From: Lama glama
Taxonomy: Eukaryota
Assembly (NCBI GenBank): GCA_028534125.1
Contig: CM052816.1
Location: 78,370,001 to 78,434,000 of the forward strand
DNA length: 64,000 nucleotides
Direction: 5' to 3'
The position numbers were made by a program, and so were the translations under genes. The notes below the pieces were generated by a model. It was not told the origin of the DNA and did no database searches. It was given only the letters and a program-made list of their open reading frames with translations. Numbering within the stretch: position 1 is the first letter of the stretch; each line of letters starts with the position of its first letter. Below are positions 25,104 to 38,325 of the stretch, piece after piece.

Positions 25104-26722
25104 CTAAGAACAGAAAAGTATTTTAAATGTCAGAGGAAAACCTGAGATACCTAGGTGTGTGAAATTTGATAAAATTAAAGTAGAAAATACCAATAAGCAG
25201 TATATATATTTTTTATTAACATGATAAACACAATCTGTATACATATTTTCTCTTTAAATTGTTTCTTATCAATGGTACCATAAATATGGGTTATTTTATT
25301 ATGCTGTCATTGCTTTCAGAATACAATATCTAATACATGAAAAATATTAAATAGCACTGAACATGAGACTTGGGGATAAGCTTGCTAAATTAAGTGGGAC
25401 AACAAACGAAGCTTTTAGGACAGTATCTGCCACTTAAACAGCTTATGAAGTATTCTTAACAAAAATGTTTAATCTAAGCCTTTCAAACCACTGTCACTAT
25501 CTTATGATTTATAGGAAATACAATAAACAAAGGAACAGATTAAATGAAACAAAACCACGAGGAAATAACAAGACTGGTCTGGTCTTTTTAAATTAGTCAA
25601 TGTCATGGGTGAAGTGGGTAAAAAGGAGAGTACTCAAAATATAAATGAGATACTGTGGAGGACACACGAGTATTCATTGTACTATTTTCCCTTAACTTTA
25701 CAAATTTTCAAAATTTAAGTGTTTTTAAAATAAATAAAAAGCATTGAACACTTATTGTGCAAAATTATTTCCATTATGCAGTTAACAACTGTCAAAGTAT
25801 TTTAGGATATATTGGTAAGGTAGATGCTGTCAGAGTTCATTATATTCGAAAATGCTGTTGATTTTGCCCTTTACTCTTGAAAAGACTGAGGCATTAAAAG
25901 AGAGAAAAAAAGTCTTTCACTCTCCTTAAAATTCTTTGTTTCAATCAAGATTTTATGCCAGTTGAAGAGGAAATTATCCGTAATTCTCAGTTACACAGTA
26001 TTCTGATCCTGGGCTAACAGTGATAAGATAAACTCTTATCATTTCAGGAATACCTAATCCTGTACCTAACGCACCTCTGTTGAGTTACAGAAGTCAGTAT
26101 GCCTGTAGCAGGTGGTATGGAGATTCTGCAGATATTCTGTAATGCCAATGTCTCCTTTCATTTTCTAGGGAAATGCTTCAGGACCAGAGAATTCCATGAC
26201 ACAGAAGAAAATATCTTAGAATAGTATTTAAGTTTGCTCTTACGATGCAAACAATTTTCCTATTTAACTTGCAGGTATCTGAGCTTGTCATAATTCAGTT
26301 TTAAAAAAACATGCAGATACACATAATGACCAAAAATACTTTCAGATACCAAAGTTCTATACCTAGCTGACTGAAATAATTCTTCCTGTTTATTTACATA
26401 TCTATGATTACTCTAGATTCTTATTCAAAATATTTAACTATGCCATGTAACCCCTATCATTTACTCATTGTAAACTGGCATAATCAAAAGGCAATAATAA
26501 CTGAAAAGAGGAATTTCATTTTTGCCAATGATTTGTTTTACAATATTGAGCAGCCCTCCTCTTGAAATAAGTCCTTCTTTAGAAAGTTGCTATAGTTCAT
26601 AAATTAGGCAATATAAATATATAACTGATATTTACTTTTCTAGCATAACATTTTAAAAAAGTGACAAGAGAAAGGCAAATTTATATTCATAAATTACAAT
26701 AAAAATGACAAAACAAACATAC

Positions 26723-26869
26723 CAATATTCTTTCAATCAGCATATCATAATACTGCTCAGCAAGCTGAGGTCGACAAAGGACAAATCGGCCTAGTAACTC
26801 TACTGCTGCTTCTCGGACACTAGTGGAATTATCCATCAAACGTCCATGAACTCCTCGCTGCATATCAAG
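26723..26869 (-). CDS. NIPBL: NIPBL exon 29 (147 nt)
   Basis: LDMQRGVHGRLMDNSTSVREAAVELLGRFVLCRPQLAEQYYDMLIERIL; AG/GTATGT. Confidence 0.96.
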
Positions 26870-26963
26870 CTAAAGAAAAACAGAGGCAATATAATTTATA
26901 CTAAGTAGAATATTTTAATTGGAATAGAAAATTCAGATAAGAATCATTTATGCTCCTCTTTAC

Positions 26964-27062
26964 CCTGGCTAGGATACTGGGGTCTACAGCAACAACCTCA
27001 GATAAACACTTCATGGCTTTTGTTCGAACGGCAATTGCATTTTCACCAAGAACTCGAAGGAT
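26964..27062 (-). CDS. NIPBL: NIPBL exon 28 (99 nt)
   Basis: ILRVLGENAIAVRTKAMKCLSEVVAVDPSILAR; AG/GTAAAG; followed by a 94-nt intron. Confidence 0.96.
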
Positions 27063-27679
27063 CTGCCAAGCAAACATTGACATTTTAATAAATTTTAGAA
27101 TATACAGCATTTAACAAAATACGGAAAGAAAATTAAAATAAATATCACATTTATTTTCCTTTAATTTTTATGTAAGTGAGTAAAAGATCTGTTATCTTAC
27201 TGATCCAAAGCTTTAACTTACAGGTAGGTACATATGGTAAGTAAGGCATTCTGTACTTTAGGGTCTTTCCTTTATCCTGGCATTCTCAATTAAATCTGTT
27301 TTTTATTGCTATGCTTCATCTCCAAGAATCTGTAGCCCCACTGAAACCTTTCTACATGTAACTTAAATTCAGGATATTGAGTTTCATTTAAATAATAACT
27401 TGGTAATCGAATAATTTATTTTTATAACATCACTCTACCTATACCATCACTCTACATGTACCATACAGATACATATCCATTCATCTGTAAAATAAGAATC
27501 AATATGTAAAAGGCATGCAGAACAAAGACATTTTAACAAACATGGAACAGAAACAAATGCTACTTTCATGATTTTTTAAAATATCTGTTCTCAACAATGA
27601 ATAGATATTATACACAAACAGAAATATCCAGAATTACAAAAATTAGTATCATTTCATAAGGAATTCTGGTCCAGTTTAC

Positions 27680-27782
27680 CTGTGTCAAATAAATATCAAA
27701 GCTCTGGGCAAACGGCCTCATAGAGGCCAAGTATCGAACAATCAAACAAGCATCATCATAGTCCACAGTATCAGAGTTCATC
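27680..27782 (-). CDS. NIPBL: NIPBL exon 27 (103 nt)
   Basis: MNSDTVDYDDACLIVRYLASMRPFAQSFDIYLTQ; AG/GTAAAC. Confidence 0.96.
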
Positions 27783-27892
27783 CTGCAACAAAAAGACATT
27801 ACATTTTTATTAATTCACTTAATTAGAGAAGTATGTAAACAGATACAAAAGACATAACTGAAAAGTAAAGATGTTTTCTCTTTGGATCTTAC

Positions 27893-28107
27893 TTTAATGT
27901 GCTGAACTGAGAAGGTGTGGTTTTGATAATGCTTCTAAGAAACTTTTTCCGGTTTTCAGCTCTATGCATAATTTGACCAGTTGTCTCCACTTCCTTCGCG
28001 TGATGTGTTCCTTCAGACGATTCTTCATCTTTTTGTGATTTCATTGCTTTTTCTGTTTCCAGAGTTGTATCACGGAACCACTGGGCTATATAGAATTTAC
28101 GAGAAAA
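27893..28107 (-). CDS. NIPBL: NIPBL exon 26 (215 nt)
   Basis: FSRKFYIAQWFRDTTLETEKAMKSQKDEESSEGTHHAKEVETTGQIMHRAENRKKFLRSIIKTTPSQFSTL(K); AG/GTAAGA. Confidence 0.96.
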
Positions 28108-28974
28108 CTGGAAAGAAATTAGATGAGACTTTAGTTTGATGCAATTAATAACAAAATTTCCAGTCCATTGATAAAGCGCTCAAAATCACGAATACAAGTA
28201 TCAAGGTTTACTTAAAAAAAATTCCATCAAATAAAAACTGATTTTAAGAAAGCCAGAATGTTTACAATATCTACGTGATAGAAAACATTATTTTCTTATT
28301 TTTTAAGTATTTTAACATCGAGGCACACATATAATTTGTTCCTTTTTTAAAAATTTGGTTTTTTTCTTTCATTGAGAAATAACTGACACACATCATTGTA
28401 TAATCTGTTCCTTTCCATAAAGACTGAAAACCTGTAGTAGTTGTCTGAATAGCTTAGTTATCTCCAACCTCTTTAGAGACAATTAGTTAAAAACAAAAAT
28501 TTAAAAGTACCCCAGTATAAGCACACTGTTCCCTAACACAGTTTATATTTTACATATAAACTTATTATACTAATATTTTGAATACCTAATATACGTAAAA
28601 ATAGAAGGATTATATTTACCAATAAATATACACATAAAAGTCTAAAGTTTCTTCTAATAGGCCAATAGAGCATCTCATGTACCACATGGGCCATAATCCA
28701 CCCTGAGATCAAATGATCCAACCTGGTCTCAAGGATAACCTATGGAAAGATTTCCAAATAATTCCTGTGTCACACACAATTTTAGAAAACTACAGTATCT
28801 GAACCAGATTTCCATTTAGGACAAATCAATCCATAACCATTCTTTTCTGTTTATCAAGTATCTGTCTCAAAAATCAATATTCCAGTACAACTTTCCTCTT
28901 CACAGCACTTCCTAAGTTTTTTTCACACTCAAGTTGAATAAATATGTGATCTCTCCAAAAAAGTGGAATCCTAC

Positions 28975-29064
28975 CACTAGTGAAGGATCAGTCTCAGTGT
29001 TTTCATCCAAGTAATCAAGCAATGCTTTTTGCAATTGTTGGATTTCATCTTCTCCTCCTGAAAC
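28975..29064 (-). CDS. NIPBL: NIPBL exon 25 (90 nt)
   Basis: VSGGEDEIQQLQKALLDYLDENTETDPSLV; AG/GTAGGA. Confidence 0.96.
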
Positions 29065-30290
29065 CTACAAAATAAACCAAATAAGATAAAAAAGATATTA
29101 AAAATGTACTGTAATAAATCATCTAGCCGTAAACACAAGTCTGAGAGAAAAAATGATAAATAATAAAACTGAAAACATAAGCGTAGCAATTAAAAGGAAG
29201 AAACAGAAGGATACTATTTTTGAAAAACGTACACATTGATAGCTGACGTATACTGATAGCTGAGGTTGGCCCTTATTTTTATGAACTACATGTTATTTTT
29301 CCTTGAAGAAGCTCATAGGTAGGAAGGTCCTAGGACTGGTTTTCTGTTTGGTAAAAGAGACAACTCCAAATTTTTAATCTAGTAAATGGAAACTGTTATT
29401 GTCTGTATTATCATATATGTTACAGGTTTTTGAAAGGGAAATGTTTTTATTTCTAATTAATATAAAATAGTGCTATATTTCATGTAGGATATTGAATATA
29501 CAATAGGCATATCTGAGCTGTTCACCTGCTCTAGAATCAGAAAGGAACTAAATCTTTAGGTCCTGCCAAGAACAACACAGAGTCAGAAATTAACTGTGAG
29601 CTGACACTCATTTCTATAGCTTATACTCTGGTTTTAACATATGAAATGCCAAATACATGGTTTAGAATATATTTAAGCAGAAAACAAAGATTAGGATAAC
29701 TATCTTGAAGCGTGGTGAAATGAATACATCCAAAAATTAATCACAGCATTATAAACTAGTAACTGTTTATAACCTCTAAAAGCAATTTGGAAGTATGTGA
29801 AGAGTCATAGAAATATTTACCAATGATCACTCCCCTTGAGTTTTACAGTGTGTAATCTACCTGGCCATATGTGGCAAATAGGTCATAGGTCCAGGCTTAG
29901 AAATACTGAAAATCACCTAGCACCTAGATCCTGATTTTTAAATTCTCATTCTCCAATGAAAGGAATCAGCAGTACTTTGTTGATTCCAGGGCTGGGGCCA
30001 GGAATGGAAAGGATGAGCCTAAAACATCTTGCTGTGCCACAATGTAAGAAAATCCTCAAGGTAAGATGAGAAGGTACCAAAAGATACAAACGCTAGTTTG
30101 AAGGGGCTCTCACTGGTCAAATCTAGGACAGTTTAAACATTAAAATAGTAACAACAAATAATAACCCATTAAATACAACAGGAATCATAGTATTCCATTA
30201 CGCCGTAGTATTACACTAATGGTAATTTCTTGCTTTTGATAGTTGTACTGCGATATTTAAGTGAGAGTTCTTGTTTGTAGAAAATATACA

Positions 30291-30482
30291 CAGAGCAGTT
30301 CTCAAACTTAAGCATTCATTAGAATTACCTGGAGGGTTTGTTAAACCAGACTGCTAGGCCCCAGCCCCAGAGCTTCTGATTCAGTAGGTCCAGGGAGAGT
30401 TCTGGGAATTTGCATTTCTAACAAGTTCCTAGGTGATGTTAATGTTGGTCCTGCTTGTCCAGGGAATCACACTATGAAACTG
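30291..30482 (+). mobile_element. MER5A-like element nested in old L1 3' sequence (~29700-30700)
   Basis: cagttctcaaactt...agaattacctggagggtttgttaaaccagactgctaggcccc...ttctgattcagtaggtc...tgcatttctaacaagttcc. Confidence 0.85.
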
Positions 30483-30528
30483 AGGGGGGAATGGGGGCAT
30501 TCTGTCTGCTCAAATGGTTCAGAAGACA

Positions 30529-30550
30529 AAAAAAAAAAAAAAAAAAAAAA
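30529..30550 (+). repeat. poly(A)22 run
   Basis: direct reading. Confidence 0.9.
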
Positions 30551-31016
30551 GCAAATATAGATACACATGTGTGCACATTTTGGAAAAGAATGAAGAAGCA
30601 AAAGTCAATCATTAAGGAATCTGGGTGAAAAGTTTATGGGAGCCTTTTGTAATAATTCTATAATCTTCTGTATGTTTAAAATTATTTCAAAATACATAGG
30701 AAAAAAAATTAGAACTGTTTGTAACAGCCAACATGGGTATGCTTATGGATGTTAAAAAAAAGAAAAGAAAATGAAAACATTGTATATGGTAAAATTAGAG
30801 ATCATTTATCGATCAATTTTCTTAAATCATTTGAAGCTCCTGGTAGACATAATTCACCCTAAGGTATAAACTTTCTCTGTGGGGATTTTGAAAAAGCCTA
30901 CTTGTTAGAAATAAGATTTTATTTTAAATCTATAAAATAAAACGTAACATAAGAATACTGAAAGAAAGTACTTAACTATTACTTATCCCTGTAATTCAAA
31001 TTCTTTATCTCAATAC

Positions 31017-31160
31017 CTGTTTTAAAATCCGTTCTATAGACCCTTGATCCATTTTGCTTGTAACAGCATCTTTCCTCAGTCGTGCAGCAACAGTTCCAAG
31101 GTAGTCAAGAGATGCCACTCTTAAAGCCATTTCTGTTGACTTGTTACTGAATTGATGAAC
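31017..31160 (-). CDS. NIPBL: NIPBL exon 24 (144 nt)
   Basis: VHQFSNKSTEMALRVASLDYLGTVAARLRKDAVTSKMDQGSIERILKQ; AG/GTATTG. Confidence 0.96.
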
Positions 31161-32066
31161 CTACATAACAAAAATAATTTCGATTTCATTTAAGTTATAA
31201 TATATTTAAAATAAAAGCAATTTATCTCATCAAGTTCAAATCCATGTTGTATTATTTGAAATTTAAACTTTTTTTTCTTGTGATATTATTCCACAAAGTA
31301 ACTGCCTTTTGAATTTCTGGAATCTGAACATTTTCATTTAAAAAAAAATTACAGTATTTGTGCTGCTCAAGCGAGCACATTAAAAAATTATAGATTAAAC
31401 CTCCCTAAGAACACGGTCACTGTCTTTAAACATAGGCTTAAAAGTGGGAAAAAAGTATAAAGTTAAAAAAAAAAGGAATATTACTAAGTAAGAATTTCTT
31501 AGGATGGAATTCTGATGCCTATGGAATATTATCTTGGCCTCAGGACAGTATTAACACATTTTCCAGTTGACAGAAGGGTCCCTAAAACTTTGAAACAATT
31601 GTGTAACTCCAAATGTAGTTTAAAAATAAAAAAAGAAATCCCTATTGTATTACATAAGGACTAAAACTTTAGTGCCACATTTTAGAAATACTCTTAAAAA
31701 TAACAAAAAGTTCACATTTATCAGTTTCATGCTTTGAAATGAATTAACTACAATAACTTAAGTTATAACTTACAATGACTTAGTGTTGAGATGCTTTTAA
31801 CTAACAAATATCTCCAAACAAACAAAAAGTTTTTAAAGCACTGTTATCTTATGTAATGAAATGAAAGCACCAAAAGTCACAACATTTCAAAGTTTTCTAC
31901 AAGGTACTGACAATATTGTGTACAGATATGCACATGCAAAAAGATAGAGATGCAATGGTCATATTTCCTTACACATTTTTAAAGAATTCATCATCTGTGA
32001 ATCAGAGTACATCCTCATTATGTTGTCTTCTAGTAATTTAATAATCTTTAAATGCTATACTCTTAC

Positions 32067-32199
32067 CAACAGTCTCCCTAACAAACTAAGGAGTAGTTCA
32101 GCAGCAGGCCATTCAGGCTTATTGACTGTTGAAAGAAGGTCTTGAACAAAATTTTCAAATAGTGGTCTGTAATCTTCTTCACCTTGTTTACTACCACAT
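32067..32199 (-). CDS. NIPBL: NIPBL exon 23 (133 nt)
   Basis: CGSKQGEEDYRPLFENFVQDLLSTVNKPEWPAAELLLSLLGRLL; AG/GTAAGA. Confidence 0.96.
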
Positions 32200-32793
32200 C
32201 TGTTCAAAGATAAATAATAAAAAGGCTGTGAATTTAGGTGACATGCCCACCAATATAATTTAAATTTTGTTAACTAAGGTTTCTCTTCTCTTCTATCTAA
32301 CTATGGTATAAGAGAGGAGATTAAATCAATTTATGTTTTAAAATGAATTTATTTCTCAAACTTCATTTGTTCCCCTACTACAGGGAATTCATTTATTGAC
32401 TAACATTAACTTTACTTTCTGGCAAGTATAACATGTTTTAAATAACAACCACTGTTTTTTCTATGAGATTACCATAAATTCTTCTAAAGGCTAAGCAAAC
32501 TTCTCTCCACAAAATTTCCTATTCACTGAGAATTTCCCAAAATTCACTGAAGAAAAATTATAAAATTTCAATCTAAGACTTTAACTTTTGGATTTCAACA
32601 TACAAGTAAGCTCACAAAATTTTAGATTTTTAATATTCTAATTGCCTCATTTTAAAGATAAGGAATTCAAGGGTCAGAAAGAGATACTGAAGGTTCAGAT
32701 TATGACAGGAAATTGGATTAATCTTTTACATAAAATAAATGAACTACTCTGTACTGGGGAAAATAAAAAACAGATTATGTTAATTTTACTCAC

Positions 32794-32876
32794 TTTTTAA
32801 GGAAGATGGAAAGGAAGTTTTGGGCTGTTCGCATGGCTGTTTCATAAGAATTGGTAATAACAACATCTTGGTCAAC
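32794..32876 (-). CDS. NIPBL: NIPBL exon 22 (83 nt)
   Basis: VDQDVVITNSYETAMRTAQNFLSIFLK(K); AG/GTGAGT. Confidence 0.96.
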
Positions 32877-34099
32877 CTAGATTGAGACAATGAATATATA
32901 CAGATATAAAAAATTAACTAACAAGCAAGTTAGTTCAGTTGCTATTGCCATGTTATTACTGAATAGGAGCAATAAATTTATATACTAAAATTCTTAACTA
33001 GTCTCATATATAAAAAAGAGAAGCTACAATTAGCATACTAAACATATTTCAATACTTCGTAAAAACCAAATAAAAATACTGAGTTTATTTTAATTTATTA
33101 AAATATGTTAAGAGTGATAAATGTGTTTCACAAATGAGATGTCAATAGTTACTTATGATGATCTAGGTCAGAACAGTTTTGACTGAAAATACAAAAAGAA
33201 TTTTGAAAAAAAATTGCAAGTTCAAAAGTTTATGAAACACTGATACATAATGCCAAAGAAAATTCAACTCCTTCATTAAAAATTTAAAGACCAGGATATA
33301 GTCAATTAAAAGTTGTGGAAATCCCAACGGTGAACAAATACATGAAGAAGTTCACTAGTAACCAGAAAAATGCAAAATAAAACATGGTATCATTTCACAC
33401 TGACTAGACTAAGCAAAATAAAAAAGAAAGAATGCAAACTAGAACACCACTATGGTGAGCAAACTGACAAGTTGTAGCAAAGTTAAAAATGCATGTACAC
33501 TATGATTTAATATTCTACTTCTAAGTAAATCTAGAGAAGTGTTTGCTTTAAGCTGTGATATAGTTATATGATGCATCTGACTCAAGTCAAAAAGAATCTG
33601 GTATTAGTTACATGTATTAAACACAATGGTGAGTGAAAAAAGGAAAGAAAGATTTGCAAAGAGAACAGTGGGATTATGAGAGGGAGAGAAACAACCGGGA
33701 CCTCAACTTTTTGATATCATTTTACACTTTATTAGCTGGTTACTCTACTATATATTTATCACCACACGTGCATGCGCGCACACACAAACACCCACACCCA
33801 CATCCCCCTCCAACACCTGGTTATAACAGAATAAAGAAATAAAATTATTCCTGTGTCTTCTGAACTTTTTTAAGGTAAAACTATAGAAGTGGGAAAAATT
33901 TTAAGTGTTGATGGGTGAAGGCTACAAATTCAAAAGTAAGTATGAACTGCTTAATAGTGAGGGAATAAACTAATTGAGTTACTTAACAGTGAGGAAATAA
34001 ACTAATTTTCTGCATGAATTTAATATTAATTGTATAATTACTTATTATGCATTATTATATATTTTACATATTATAATTATAATACTCATTTTCATATTC

Positions 34100-34270
34100 A
34101 ATATCACTTGAGTCTTACAACTTGTTATAGCAGGCTTGTTAGGTACTATCACCCTCATTTTATAGCTGAAGAAACCAGCTCAGATGAAAATAATCTGTAT
34201 GTTTCATGACTGGTAGATATAACAGTCAAGACCAGAATTCAAGCCTCCTAAAATTTAGTCTAATGCTCTG
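34100..34270 (-). mobile_element. MIR SINE fragment
   Basis: aggtactatcaccctcattttatagctgaagaaac...agaattcaagcc. Confidence 0.7.
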
Positions 34271-34392
34271 CAAAGATCCGAAAGCCCAGCCATGAAGCCC
34301 TAATTAAGAACTCAGTTTTACAAGAATGGCAGAGAATATTTGTGCTTCTTCCTATAAAAGTAGAGTTATAAAACTTACAAAAGATTCCTTAC

Positions 34393-34531
34393 TTTTTTAT
34401 TTGAGTCCTCTTCTGAATTAGAGTCCTTCTCTGATGATGGTAAGTGTACTACACACTGAATCAGTTGTAAAACCAGTGCTGTAACCATTTGAATATACAT
34501 AGGCTCTCCATCCATATCACTACTGTTTAAC
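34393..34531 (-). CDS. NIPBL: NIPBL exon 21 (139 nt)
   Basis: LNSSDMDGEPMYIQMVTALVLQLIQCVVHLPSSEKDSNSEEDSNKK; AAG acceptor, donor GTAAGG. Confidence 0.96.
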
Positions 34532-35467
34532 CTTTAATGGAGAAGAAAATATTTAAATTGTATACAGTATGAAGAGAACTTCATTTGACATGTTATCTAT
34601 CATCTGAAAATTTCAGGATGCTTTCTTTACCAATATTTCTAGGCATTATCTTTAGTGCTTATAATAGTGTCCTTATGTCTAATTATTTTTGATAAATTAG
34701 GAAAAAAATCCAACTAAATGCCTATGCATAGATAATTTAAAAAGTCAAAGGAAAAATAAAATTTTTAATACAAACTTCTATATTTTATATGTACTGCAGA
34801 TAAAAAACTTGTAATGAAAAATATCAAATATCTCTCAAAACGATTTCCAAATGCCCATGCATCCAGGTATTCATTTTCTTATTAAAATCTGTTACATAGT
34901 AAGCTCTTGATCACCTGTATTAGAGTATAAGGTCAGTGACACAAAACATGAAGAATCAAATTTTAAACCTTTTTATTCTAAAGGTAGTTAAAAACATAAG
35001 AATTCCTTTATATGCTGATAGCTTTTCTTCACGTTTAACAGACAACAGATGTTTATCAATACACAATTAGTTCAAAGTATTAAGATTAAAAACAACTATT
35101 TGACAGAAGATAGTCTTCAAAGCAATATAAATATAACCCCATATGCGAGGTCGACACATTTGATCACTCAGGAATAATAAAACAGTTATGATAATGATGA
35201 TAATTACCTATGCTAACCAAGACAATAATGCTGACCACAGGATAACATTCCTCAGTTACTCTGTGCTTAGTGATTTAAGAGCATTTAATGTTAATGTCTA
35301 TTTTCTAAACTGCCATTAGAGTAATCTTTCAGCTCTCTTTTAAAAATATTATTTAATGACTTCCTACTCTATAAAGGATTCAGTTCAAATTCCTTACTAA
35401 GGCTGATAATATCCTTGAACTGTCTTTGACTCTTTAGAGCCATATTTTCTATTGCTCTTCTCACAGA

Positions 35468-35684
35468 CCAGTGGTTCTTAACCTGGGATGATTTTGTCCT
35501 TAGGGAACATTCACCAGTGTCTAGTGAAAATTTTGGTGAGCATAACTGGAAAGGGTACATTTCTTTTGGTATTTAGCAGGTAGAGGTCAAGGATGCTGCT
35601 AAGCATCTTACAATGCACAGGGCGGCTCTGCAAGGCATTATGTGGCCCAAAATGTCAGCAGCACCAAGAGTGAAAAATCCTTGC
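35468..35684 (+). mobile_element. MER20-like hAT-Charlie element
   Basis: cagtggttcttaacctggg...gtagaggtcaaggatgctgctaagcatcttacaatgcacagg...tggcccaaaatgtcagcag. Confidence 0.85.
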
Positions 35685-35898
35685 CACAGATCCTTACACT
35701 TGAGAATCACTGAACTTAAAAGTCTATCAAATGTGTAAGGTTATCTTCACATATCTAAGGTATTCTTCTGCTGCTCTGACTAAATTGTCTCTTTTATTTG
35801 GTTATTAAAATAAAAATCAGACAGAAATGAATAAATATATGATGGCTACAATATAGCGGAGTTCTTCATTATTGATAGCCTGTGGCATAATTAGTTAC

Positions 35899-35999
35899 CT
35901 GAAATTCCTTAAACTCCTCTTGCTGGTTGGTAATCTTGCAAGCGAAGTAAAAATTTCTTCCAAAATTAACTGCCTATGTTTTTCATATCTTGAGAATAC
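35899..35999 (-). CDS. NIPBL: NIPBL exon 20 (101 nt)
   Basis: VFSRYEKHRQLILEEIFTSLARLPTSKRSLRNF(R); AG/GTAACT. Confidence 0.96.
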
Positions 36000-36473
36000 C
36001 TGTTTGGTAATTGTAAGATTCCAAATTAAGTTTGTTATAATTATTTGAAAACAAAACAAAAATGATACTGTGCCATGTGATAAAAAATATTATCTGCCAT
36101 TTAGAATGAAAATGTTTTCAAAATCTTCAACCGTGATGACTTAATTTGCTCAACTTTTCCATCATTAATTACAACATTCTTGTAGAAGTGACAGTGTACT
36201 AGTTTCATTTAGAGGAATATGATATCTTGGGTATGGAAAGTAAGACAAGATCTACATGATCTTAAATAATTCTGACTATTATAAATATTAAAGACTATTA
36301 GCTGAAATATTTTAAAATATTCAAAAGTGATTAAAATCTAAGGCACATTAAAATAGTCCTTATGCTGAAATGAACCTATGGAAAACTCAAACCTGGGTTA
36401 GTTTTTGCAAATTTGGATTGAATGGTATCAACGTTCTGGAGGATAAATAAAAATGCAAACTCATTATACTTAC

Positions 36474-36554
36474 TGCAGTGACTAACTTAATGGCACATAA
36501 TTGTAGTTCACTGACATTTTCCACAAAAAATGGTGTTATTCCCATTGATGATAC
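36474..36554 (-). CDS. NIPBL: NIPBL exon 19 (81 nt)
   Basis: VSSMGITPFFVENVSELQLCAIKLVTA; AG/GTAAGT. Confidence 0.96.
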
Positions 36555-37117
36555 CTGCAAACACACACAGAGAGTAAGTAGAACACATCTTTAATAGATT
36601 TCAGTAACATTCTACTTTACTAAATTCCAAAACATTCACAAACCTCCTGGAGAACAGTGAGAGCACTTACTTTTTCCTCATCAATCAGCACCTAGTTCTT
36701 TCTTTCATTGCTCCCTTTCATCCTCAAGCAAATTAGCACATACCTTCCTTATAGCTGCCATTCCTCTAATCTCCACCATTTGGATTGATAAATGTCACAG
36801 GAATATAAAAAGTAAAAAACAGTTCACTATTCTATAAGAAATATCTTGACATATTTAAAAGGAAATGATCGTTTATCTTTCCAAGAATTTAGTGTTTAGA
36901 ATTTATATTATGTTCACCTGTCTTCTGCCCCAAATGTTTCCTTTTAAAACTTCCCTAGACTTTTATCTCCTCAATTTAGATACAATACACTCTGAATTTA
37001 AAAAAATTAACATAGTGTTGATATTATTTTGAGTGAGCAAGGTTATAGTAAACTCAAGAGCTTTATTCTTAATTTGTCTGGTCTAGAAATAAAGAAAAAG
37101 CTTCAAAAAACACTTAC

Positions 37118-37269
37118 CTGAAGAATTGTCGTGTCTGTAAGAAGTTGTATCTCTAGTAATTCTGATAAGCTGCTAACAATGTCACAAACTTTATTATAAA
37201 GCATTACTATTACTCTCTGCTTATGGGTAGAACATTTAGCCCGTTTTGCCTTTGAGCTTAATAAGCCTC
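37118..37269 (-). CDS. NIPBL: NIPBL exon 18 (152 nt)
   Basis: (G)GLLSSKAKRAKCSTHKQRVIVMLYNKVCDIVSSLSELLEIQLLTDTTILQ; AG/GTAAGT. Confidence 0.96.
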
Positions 37270-38093
37270 CTAAAATGAAAAAAAAATTCAAACATGGATA
37301 AAATCAACTTTTAATCATTTTTGTTAAACAGTAATAAAACTGCTTTTTGAATTAAGAGAACACAATTTATACAAAATATAATATACAAAATATATATACA
37401 AAATATACAAAATATAATGTGTCATATACAGCTGGTTATTTATTAAAAGAGAAAATTATTCTCTAGGGAATATTTAGTTAGAAAGTGAACATTCTTATAA
37501 TAGATAATCCATGGCACATTTCAATGGCTATTAAATTCTCATGTCTAAAATATTACTTTATTTCTATTTCAATTTTTTTCCACTGGAGCAGGATTGTAAG
37601 ATTATATTTCCCTTTAAATCAACTTGCAATTATTAATAGGTAATTAAATGTAGATGATTCACAAACTGAGTTTGTCCTCCTTTTTTCAAATGTGTATGTG
37701 TTAACATACACGACTCATTTATAAAGGTTATAAATAAGAGAAAGAATATACATCTTAAGTCAATCCATTTTGTAGGTAATATTTTGGGTAAAATTAGGGG
37801 GAAGTGATAAATGGAACAAGAAGCTAATATTACCTGGGATTTTCCCAGATCAGTAGAAATTATTTATTATGTGTAAATAGTTGCTAACGAAATTCTAATT
37901 GAGCAAGTACTGGATTAAAAAAAGTTCTACATTCCAATCAATCAAAGCCAGTGTTTATCACAATCTATATAATCCTATAGTCTTGGTGCCATTTTAAGTC
38001 ACTGCATTCTAATCCAATCAACATGGTGAAATTATATAATGGGTAATTTTGATATTATGCTCAAAAACTATCAGAATAAAAGGGCAAACTAAC

Positions 38094-38325
38094 CTCCATG
38101 AGGATCTAATCTGTAAACAGGATCATACTGAGGATAAAGTGTGTTCTGCAAATGAAATTTAGTGTACTGTATAACTCTTTCGATTACATCCTCAATATAT
38201 ACAGCTTTTGGCATGTTGGGGGATGTCATAATATTGATAGTTGTAAGACAGGCATCTGCTGATTTTGTCACTCTCTCCATAATAAGGTCTCTCCATAACC
38301 TTTCTTCTTCTTCAGTATCATTATT
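38094..38325 (-). CDS. NIPBL: NIPBL exon 17 (232 nt)
   Basis: NNDTEEEERLWRDLIMERVTKSADACLTTINIMTSPNMPKAVYIEDVIERVIQYTKFHLQNTLYPQYDPVYRLDPHG; AG/GTTAGT. Confidence 0.96.

Noticed and set aside
26150..26280. Exon-like signals on the plus strand (tctcctttcattttctag|G ... cag|gtatct)
   Set aside because: Antisense to NIPBL with no other support for an antisense transcript; expected by chance
33950..34007. 32-nt-period tandem duplication; similar small duplications at 7604-7644, about 27428-27455, 37369-37418 and 56919-56952
   Set aside because: Ordinary slippage-type duplications with no sign of function
27893..34531. Apparent substitutions versus human NIPBL (KEVET, KKVDQ, SNSEED)
   Set aside because: Comparison rests on memory of the human protein, and the changes are conservative
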